Below, one piece after another: positions 55,268-64,000 of a stretch of 64,000 nucleotides of DNA. The position numbers were made by a program, and so were the translations under genes. The notes below the pieces were generated by a model. It worked only from the letters and a program-made list of their open reading frames with translations, made no database searches and was not told the origin of the DNA. The stretch is from Octopus vulgaris (Eukaryota), in contig OX597814.1 in assembly GCA_951406725.2 (NCBI GenBank), positions 101,618,001 through 101,682,000 of the forward strand. The letters run 5' to 3'. Every line of letters starts with the position of its first letter. Position 1 is the first letter of the stretch.

Positions 55268-55899
55268 AGACTGGCAGAAACGTTAGCACGCCGGGCGAAA
55301 TGCTTAGCAGTATTTCGTCTGCCATTACGTTCTGAGTTTAAATTCCGCCGAGGTCAACTTTCATCCTTTCGGGGTCGATTAAATAAGTACCAGTTACGCA
55401 CTGGGGTCGATATAATCGACTTAATCCGTTTGTCTGTCCTTGTTTGTCCTCTCTGTGTTTAGCCCCTTGTGGGTAGTAAAGAAATAGAAATAGGTATTTC
55501 GTCTGCCGCTACGTTCTGAGTTCTAATTCCGCCGAGGTCGACTTTGCCTTTCCTCCTTTCGGGGTCGATTAAATAAGTACCAGTTACGCACTGGGGTCGA
55601 TATAATCGACTTAATCCGTTTATCTGTCCTTGTTTGTCCTCTCTGTGTTTAGCCCCTTGTGGGTAGTAAAGAAATAGAAATAGTAAAGAAATAGAAATAG
55701 TAAAGAAATAGAAATAGGTATTTCGTCTGCTGCTACGTTCTGAGTTCAAATTCCGCCGAGGTCGACTTTGCCTTTCCTCCTTTCGGAGTCGATTAAATAA
55801 GTACCAGTTACGCACTGGGGTCGATATAATCGACTTAATCCGTTTGTCTGTCCTTGTTTGTCCCCACTATGTTTAGCCCCTTGTGGGCAATAAAGAAAT
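55262..55899 (+). mobile_element. SINE family B: head plus three tandem units
   Basis: Units start with gtatttcgtctg at 55310, 55494 and 55718. Confidence 0.93.
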
Positions 55900-56519
55900 G
55901 AGAAGGCATGTTTGCATGCAGATAGACACGTATGTGTGCATGTATAGAAATGAAATTACGTGCCTATGTATGTTTGTGTGTATGTATGTATGTATGTATG
56001 TATGTATGTATGTATGTATGTGTATATGTATATATATGAGAGAGAGAGAGAGTGTGTGTGTGTGCGTGTGTATGTGTGTGCACGCACGTAGCGTATGCAT
56101 CGTACAGCAGAAGGGGATACTGAAGGAGTGGATTATCATCGATATGTCCAAAGACTTGAATGAACCCATTCTTTTATTTCGATTTGACTGACGTTGATGC
56201 CAGTTAAATTGAAAGCTTTACTATCACCTCACACACTTTCCTTTTCTTCGCGTTCCAATATAAGCAACACCACCACCACCACCACCACCACCACCACCAC
56301 TACAAATAACAATAACAGCAGCAACACCTATTTGGTCATTTTTCCCCGCCCCCCATTCATTTACTTCCCTTTCACACTTAGTTTGCCATTAACACGACTT
56401 ACAATCAATACGTCTCATAAAACACTTTAAATACGACACGTTCAATTACCAACAATTATCATTGAGCTACTAATCTCATAATTACTATTATTATGACCAG
56501 GGGGAAACTGTTCCTACAG

Positions 56520-56801
56520 CTGCTGCTGCTGTTGCTGTTGTCTTTGTCTTTGTTGTTGTTGTAGTAGTAGTAGTAGTAGCAGTAGTAGTAGTAGTAGTAG
56601 TAGTGTTGGTGGTACTAGTTGCGGTGGGGCGTATGATAGTTATGCTGGTGGTGGTAGTGGCAGTGGTAGTGGTGGTGGTTGTGATGTTAGTAGTAGTAGT
56701 AGTAGTAGTATTGGTGGTGGGGGTAGTTGTAGAAGTAGTGGTGGTAGTACTAGTTGTGGTGGGGCGCATGATAGTTATGCTGGTGGTGGTGATGGTGATG
56801 T

Positions 56802-56834
<33 letters not shown>

Positions 56835-56837
56835 ACC

Positions 56838-56877
<40 letters not shown>

Positions 56878-57110
56878 ATGCGGTTAGGTTATTGCTGTCG
56901 ATGTTTTAGTATTTGTAGTGACTGCTGTTGAGTTTGATGTTTCTTGTTTTTAGCTATATTTACATAGCTTATTTCCCCCGCCCCCTCCCCGCTTACCTTT
57001 AAGGCTGTAGTTCTAACTGTTGTTGTTATTGTTGCAGTTGATTGTGGTGGTAGCAGGTGGTGTAGGTGGTGGTGGTACTGTTGCTGCTACTGCTGGTAAT
57101 TATGATGCTC
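56520..57110. repeat. Imperfect (GTA/GTG/GTT)n tract with an internal 135-bp-period duplication
   Basis: gtactagttg(c/t)ggtggggcg(t/c)atgatagttatgctggtggtggt at 56612 and 56747. Confidence 0.85.
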
Positions 57111-57277
57111 TTTTGATACTTTATATTATGTTTTTTTAAAGGCTTGCTATTGAGATGATTGTTAATATTGGTCTTGTTTCTAGTACTGAAGTCGTGATGG
57201 CGGTTGATATTTTAGGTAAACACCAACACACACATAAACACAAGCACATAAATAGAAGTGAATTATAACTATATTTA

Positions 57278-58192
57278 TATTTCTTTACTGCCCACAAGGC
57301 GTTAAACATAGAGGGGACAAACAAGGACAGACAAACGGATTAAGTCGATTATATCGACCCCAGTGCGAAACTGGTACTTTATTTATCGACCACGAAAGGA
57401 TGAAAGGTAAAGTCGACCTCGGCGGAATTTGAACTCAGAACGTAACCACAGACGAAATACCTATTTCTTTATTACCCACAAGGGGCTAAACTTAGAGGGG
57501 ACAAACAAGGACAGACAAAGAGATTAAGTCGATTATATCGACCCCAGTGCGAAACTGGTACTTTATTTATCGACCACGAAAGGATGAAAGGCAAAGTCGA
57601 CCTCGGCGGAATTTGAACTCAGAACGTAACCACAGACGAAATACCTATTTCTTTATTACCCACAAGGGGCTAAACACAGAGGGGACAAACAAGGACAGAC
57701 AAAGAGATTAAGTCGATTATATCGACCCCAGTGCGAAACTGGTACTTTATTTATCGACCAGGAAAGGATGAAAGGCAAAGTCGACCTCGGCGGAATTTGA
57801 ACTCACAACGTAACGCAGACGAAATACCGCTAAGCATTTCGCCCGGCGTGCTAACGTTTCTGCCAGAAAGGATGAAAGGCAAAGTCGACCTCGGCGGAAT
57901 TTGAACTCACAACGTAACGCAGACGAAATACCTATTTCTTTATTACCCACAAGGTGCTAAACACAGAGGTGACAAACAAGGACAGACATAGGTATTAAGT
58001 CGATTACATCGACCCCAGTGCGTAACTGGTACTTAATTTATCGACCCCGAAAGGATGAAAGGCAAAGTCAACCTCGGCGGAATTTGAACTCAAGAACGTA
58101 ACGGCAGACGAAATACGGTTACACATTTCGCCCGGCGTGCTAACGTTTCTGCCAGACGAAATACCGCTAATCATTTCGCCAGGCGCGCTAGC
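57278..58192 (-). mobile_element. SINE family B tandem array (184-bp period, with internal and duplicated heads)
   Basis: tatttcttta..cccacaagg at 57278, 57462, 57646 and 57933; heads at ~57825 and 58115-58192. Confidence 0.93.
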
Positions 58193-58289
58193 AGAACCGC
58201 GAAAATCCAGACAATAACGTAGCTATTCTCAATACGTTCTGGTAGATTCGAACTGGAGTATCTAATCGCTTTTGGGGTACTTTTTTTTT

Positions 58290-58660
58290 AATCCTTAAAT
58301 CCTTAAAAATGTTTCAGTCCGAAAGCTACGGCCATGCTGGGGCACCACCGTTGATTGTGTTATATTAGTACGTGAAACCACCTCTGATACGTGGCACTTG
58401 GTCAACAAGGGAGTTCGACGCCACTGCCCGCATCTGTGTTTCTTGTCGAGTAGTAGATTCATTTGGAACCCTTGACAAGAATAGATCCAGTTTAGTTTTA
58501 AAGAAAACCACACCCACATCATGCAGGTCTCTCAGGCATTTAGGAAGGAATTTGAAGAGCTGTGGTCCCCTGAAACCCAAGCTGTTGTAGTAACTGGTCC
58601 TGTGTTTTGATGGTGATGTTGGGACCTTTGGTACGATGCAGTGGCGCCCCGTTCTGCTGG
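58290..58660 (-). mobile_element. CR1/L2 LINE 3' fragment (second subfamily)
   Basis: GFRGPQLFKFLPKCLRDL..FKTKLDLFLSRVPNE..SNSLVDQV; 3' end ggtggtgccccagcatggccgtagctttcggactgaaaca + (tttaagga)2. Confidence 0.85.
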
Positions 58661-59065
58661 TGTTTTTTTATGGTTTTCTGCTGTTTTTATTTTTATTTTT
58701 GCTTTTTTCGTTACCAGAAAACAAGGCACTTAAGGCAATGTTTGTGACACCGTGGTTTTTCAATCTTAATATGTTTCTTCAGTAAAACACAAATGTTGCA
58801 GAAGGGTATATTTGTGTCTGCGTGTAAGTATGTATGTATGTATGTATGGATGGATGGATGGATGGATGGATGGATGGATGGATGGACGGATGGATGGATG
58901 TATGCATGTATGTATGCATGCATGTATGCATGTATGCATGTATGTGTGTAAGTAAATTTATATTATTTAAATTTAATACATTTATAAAGACAACCATACA
59001 CATGTTTAATAGATATATATAATGCTAATCATATATGTGTGCCTGTGTGTATGTGTGTGTGTGTG

Positions 59066-59109
<44 letters not shown>

Positions 59110-59258
59110 GCTTTTGAACTCAGAACGTAACGGCGGACGAAATGCCGCTACGCATTTTACCCAGCGTTTTAGCGATTTGCCAGTGCGCCGCCTTATTTGT
59201 GTGTGCATCTGTATGTATGCATGCATGTATGCATGTATGTATGTATATATGTATGTAT

Positions 59259-59309
<51 letters not shown>

Positions 59310-59454
59310 CAAATTTAAATAATAAGGGTAAAAATTGATATTAATTTGATGGATATCAAGTTAAACCAATGGCCTAGCATATTGAAAAAGTCTGAAGATT
59401 CAGAAATATAATATTATATATATGTGGGTGGGGGGGGGTGTAGTTAAGATTTAT

Positions 59455-59585
59455 AGAAAAACAAAAGCCGAAGACGGTTGTATAAACAACAAACAAGTGT
59501 ATTAGTTTGACGCTCGGGAAAAATGCAAAAGTTTCGAGCCTTCGCTCTTCAACAGAAAGGAATAAGAGAAAATAAACAGAGAGGT
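59455..59585 (-). mobile_element. Penelope-like terminal fragment with a minimal hammerhead-like core
   Basis: Minus strand ctg-TTGAAGA-gcgaaggctc-GAAAC (59531-59555); stem III and cleavage triplet are missing. Confidence 0.35.
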
Positions 59586-60759
59586 AATGAAGAAAACCTT
59601 GTACCTTTCAATGGTTCAGCATAATTTAACTGTTTACTATTTCTGCGGTCGTTGTTGTAGCTGTAGCTGTTTTCATAATTATGGTTATCTCATGGTCGGT
59701 GCCAGTATATTTAGCGTTTTAGACTATTCTGACAATATGCTCTCTTTCTCGAATCTTTACAATGTGCGCACCCAGCTCCCACTTCAAATTGTGCGCCACC
59801 TCCCAGTCCTTTATTGTGCTCCGTCATGTCTTAGCTCTACGTTTTGCGGTCCCTTCTACCAGTTCTACAAAGTGCATTTCTTTCACCCACCCTGACAAAA
59901 TTTTCCTTTTCTGAGCTCTACATTATAAAATACCGTTAACAACTTTTTCTGCGGATTCCTACTGCCATCACCTGCATTACACCAGCTTAAAAGTTCAACA
60001 GAAAAATTATAATTAACTTGTGCACAAGAAATCTATAGTTTTATGGACTATATAGGACCGACATATTTTTTAAAATCTCAGGCATATTTGGCAAGTAGTC
60101 ATAAGGCCACAACTGCTTCTTCTTTCAAGCATTCACTTATCTTGTCCCCATCTTTTGTTTTTCTGTTCCGAAAACAACACCTCTTGTTACCTTTGATTTC
60201 TTTTTCTTTTCTTTTGTTTTTGTCTTGTTTTGTTGTTTTTTTTTCTATTTTAGTTGAATTAAGAAATTGTACCTGTAATTCGATGCTCTAGCCTCTTCAC
60301 ACGGAATCTATCTGAGAATTACGTTGAAGGTACACGAGTCTGTGGAATATTCAACCAGTTATAGACTAATTTAATGAATAGGCTAAGTTAATGACTAGGT
60401 CGTTCAGTTGGTCAATTTATCATACATCTCCTGTGGAGACTTTAACATTGTGCTTACGAATATAATTAGTGTGTGTTGGTGTGGGTGGTGAGTGGGCATA
60501 AATTTAAAAGCAAGCTGATTTCTAAAAGTCGTGAAGATATTTAGTTTAATTTTATTGTATATCTTCTTTGTTTGATGCAAATGACTGTTCGAAACTGATT
60601 TGTGTTTCTCCGAGATTCGCAGTTATTTTTTTTTATTTTTATATTATGTTATATTTATTTATTACTTAGCTTTAATGAAACCAACTATTCTAATGCTAAA
60701 ACTTAAGCCACCCCAATGAAAATGAGGGAATGATATATGTTGAAGTCACGTCGCTATTG

Positions 60760-60817
60760 ATGATGGTGATGATAATGATGATGATGATGATGACGACGAC
60801 GACGACGACGATGATGT

Positions 60818-60865
<48 letters not shown>

Positions 60866-61077
60866 CAATGATGATTGAGAGGAAGATGGAGTTTACTTAG
60901 CAACAAAACCGCTGTCCGGACATGACTAGACTAATTAGAAAAGATATACATAGATACGGAAATATACACAAAGTCACACAGACACGAACGCGCCTATATA
61001 CAAATGTGTGTGTGTGTGTGTGTGTGTGTACATACATATACATATATGAATATATATATATATATATATGCATATAC

Positions 61078-61108
<31 letters not shown>

Positions 61109-61631
61109 TGTATGTATGTATGTATGTATGTATGTATGTATGTATGTATGTATGTATGTATGTATGTATGTATGTATGTATGAATGCATGTATGCATGTA
61201 TGTATGTATGTATGTATGTATGTATGTATGTATGTATGTATGTATGTATGAATGTATGCATGCATGTATGTATGCATGTATGAATATATGTATGTATGTA
61301 TGAATATATGTATGTATGTATGTATGAATGTATGTATGCATGTATGTATGTATGTATGTATGAATATATGTATGTATGTATGTATGTATGGATGTATGAA
61401 TATATGTATGTATGTATGTATGTATGAATGTATGTATGTATATATGTATGCATGCATGTATGCATGTATGTATGTATGTATGCATGTATGTATGTACGTA
61501 TGTATGTATGTATGTATGTATGTATGTATGTATGTATGTATGTATGTATGCATGTATGAATATATGTATGTATGTACGTACGTACGTATGAATGTATGTA
61601 TGTATGTATGTATGTATGTATGTATGTATGA

Positions 61632-61664
<33 letters not shown>

Positions 61665-62245
61665 TGTATGCATGAATGAATGTATGTATGTACGTATGCA
61701 TGTATGTATGTATGTATGTATGTATGTATGCATGTATGCATGTATGTATGTATGTATGTATGTATGTATGTATGTATGCATGTATGAATGTATGTATGCA
61801 TGCATGTATGTATGTATGTATGTATGTATGTATGTATGTATGTATGTATGTATGCATGCATGCATATATGTATGTGTTTAACAACCGGAATTAAATTAGA
61901 TTTCTGAAACTTGAGACGATGCTTGATTTCGTCTGTCTCTTGTTTCTGACTTATATTTACATATTCATAACATTACCTATGTATTTGCATACACGTACAG
62001 AGATAACGGCAAGCATCCAAAACAAGCGCACAAATGAGACAAGACATACGAAGTTCATAGACATATACATCCGCACACATATGTTTATACGAACATACAT
62101 ACATATATACACACAATATATACACACACATATATTTATTGTATATATACATGTATATAAATATGTATGTATATATATATATTTATTTATTTATATGCAT
62201 ATATATATATATATATATGTATTTATGTAAGTATGTATATATACA

Positions 62246-62280
<35 letters not shown>

Positions 62281-62423
62281 GTACTTACATAAATATATAT
62301 ATATATACAAGCATATATATAAATATATATATATATACATATATACATGCATATACATAAATATATAATATAAATATATGTATACATAAATATTTATATA
62401 CATGTATATATACAATAAATATA

Positions 62424-62471
<48 letters not shown>

Positions 62472-62614
62472 ATATATGTATTTATGCATACATATATATA
62501 TATAGAGAGAGAGAGAGTGTGTGTGTGAGAGACAGATAAATATACACACGCACATATATATATACATATATATGTATATAGGTTTATATATATGTATGTG
62601 TGTATGTGTATATG

Positions 62615-62666
<52 letters not shown>

Positions 62667-62779
62667 TGTGCGTATGTGTGTTCGTATGTATATGTATATG
62701 TAAGTGTGCATTCATATGTCACGCAGGTGTGTACAGACGACGACAAACAGGCAGATAGACAGACAGACAAACAGACAGG

Positions 62780-62868
<89 letters not shown>

Positions 62869-62870
62869 GA
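60760..62870. repeat. (GAT)n, ~800-bp imperfect (TATG)n, (AT)n-rich and (GATA)n tracts
   Basis: Direct inspection; source of the 200-320 aa MYVC/HTYI pseudo-ORFs. Confidence 0.96.
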
Positions 62871-64000
62871 GTGCCAATCTTGTTAAAAAGTATCACAATA
62901 TATTTATTACTTTTTCTACCGTCTGTCACAGAATCTCAAGTGCTTATTAGTTTTTGAAAGATGAAGCTTGGTTTTGTTTTTCTTAACATCACTCATTCCC
63001 GGAGATTATTTTTCTTGTTTGTATTCTCGAAGTTTATCTTGCATATATATAGTGTTTCTGTAATTAGTTGATTTATTTCAGAGATGATGTACTTATATTA
63101 ATTCTTATCACTTAAGTGTTTTAAGAAAATGATTAGTTTGTTTTCTGTTTAGTTTTAGGTTGTCGATGTTTATTTATTTATTTATTTTTTTGCTAGAATT
63201 ATTTTATTGTCCGTAAGTTTGTTTCAATTCCAAGGAATAACTATGTTTATTTAATACATGGATGTCGTTACAGAATGGAAGGTTACAGACAGATTCCCAG
63301 AGACAAAATGATAACGTCTTAGATTCCTACAGAAAAGACTAGAAGTTTTTGTTTTTACATAATATCTAGGGTCAGAAGTCATGGTGAACTATTATGACCT
63401 CTTCGAATTTAAGACGTGAAATTTGATATATAAATTAACAATTCAAATTATTGATCAACAATTACTCCATCCTATGTCACCGAGGTTCGTACTTGACACA
63501 GAGTTTTGACTGAAAATGTAAAATATTACTATAGTAGATCAACTGTTGTTGTGCAAAGTACTGTTTTGCAGGCTACTTTATAAATTACAAGAGAAATTTG
63601 GCAGGATAGAACAATACTACTTTCGGACCCAGGAAAGTAGGATCCTATTAAATGTCGCTATTCCTTCTGCCTAGCAGATATGCACTTCCTTGAAACTCTG
63701 AGCCCTAGATCGGGAGCAGCCTCCTATAAGTCCTGCCAATCTAACATGGGTTATGAATGAATATGTATACAAATACATGTTCATCTATTGAATAATATAT
63801 ATTTGTTCTCGCTGTGAATTTAAGCAATGGGATGAATTAACAGAGTCTTAGAACATTGAATTAAATGCTTTGTGGGTGTCCAGCTCTCACTGATCTAAGT
63901 TCAAAACCCATTGGAAACCAGCTTGCCATTACCTCATTATGGGATCAATGCAGAACTTCAAGGAGATGGATTAGCGGAATTGTAAGAACGTTGGAGGAAT

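Noticed and set aside
55310-55899. CRISPR array or hammerhead retrozyme interpretation of the 184-bp repeats
   Set aside because: No unique spacers and no cas genes; no CUGANGA..GAAA core on either strand; the unit is the body of a box A/B SINE.
56491-56842. Mucin-like Thr-rich ORF
   Set aside because: Explained by (TAG/TGG)n repeats; no splice or domain context.
60897-61894. 200-322 aa ORFs (HTYI/MYVC repeats) here and similar ORFs throughout the window
   Set aside because: They are translations of (TATG)n, (AT)n and (GT)n microsatellites that lack stop codons by composition.
63270-63700. Possible R4/Dong-type restriction-like endonuclease remnant
   Set aside because: Only faint collinear resemblance with catalytic residues unreadable; needs a BLASTx or HMM search.

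Overview
This is AT-rich, extremely repeat-dense animal DNA with no confidently identifiable host gene. The SINE families, microsatellite load and LINE types resemble a coleoid cephalopod such as Octopus (inference, not a database result). The only long coding sequence is a near-intact CR1/L2-type LINE ORF2 (11993-15001, APE endonuclease + RT) broken by a single TAA. The rest is: decayed transposons (Chapaev3-like, DD34D mariner, DD37D maT, Tigger/pogo, hAT MITEs, Helitron and DINE-1-like elements, RTE and CR1 fragments); at least four tRNA-derived SINE families; and long (AT)n, (TATG)n, (GT)n and (GATA)n tracts that generate most of the ORF track. The most notable observations are: (1) a phase-compatible chain of exon-like segments (11181-18158) with an in-frame TGA; (2) a Penelope-type hammerhead-like motif split by the LINE; (3) a SINE that forms 184-bp tandem concatemers with a fixed junction, present as two inverted arrays; (4) an RTE ending in three C2H2 fingers; (5) a 5'-inverted RTE; (6) SINE/LINE 3'-tail sharing. 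Boundaries of degenerate elements are approximate.
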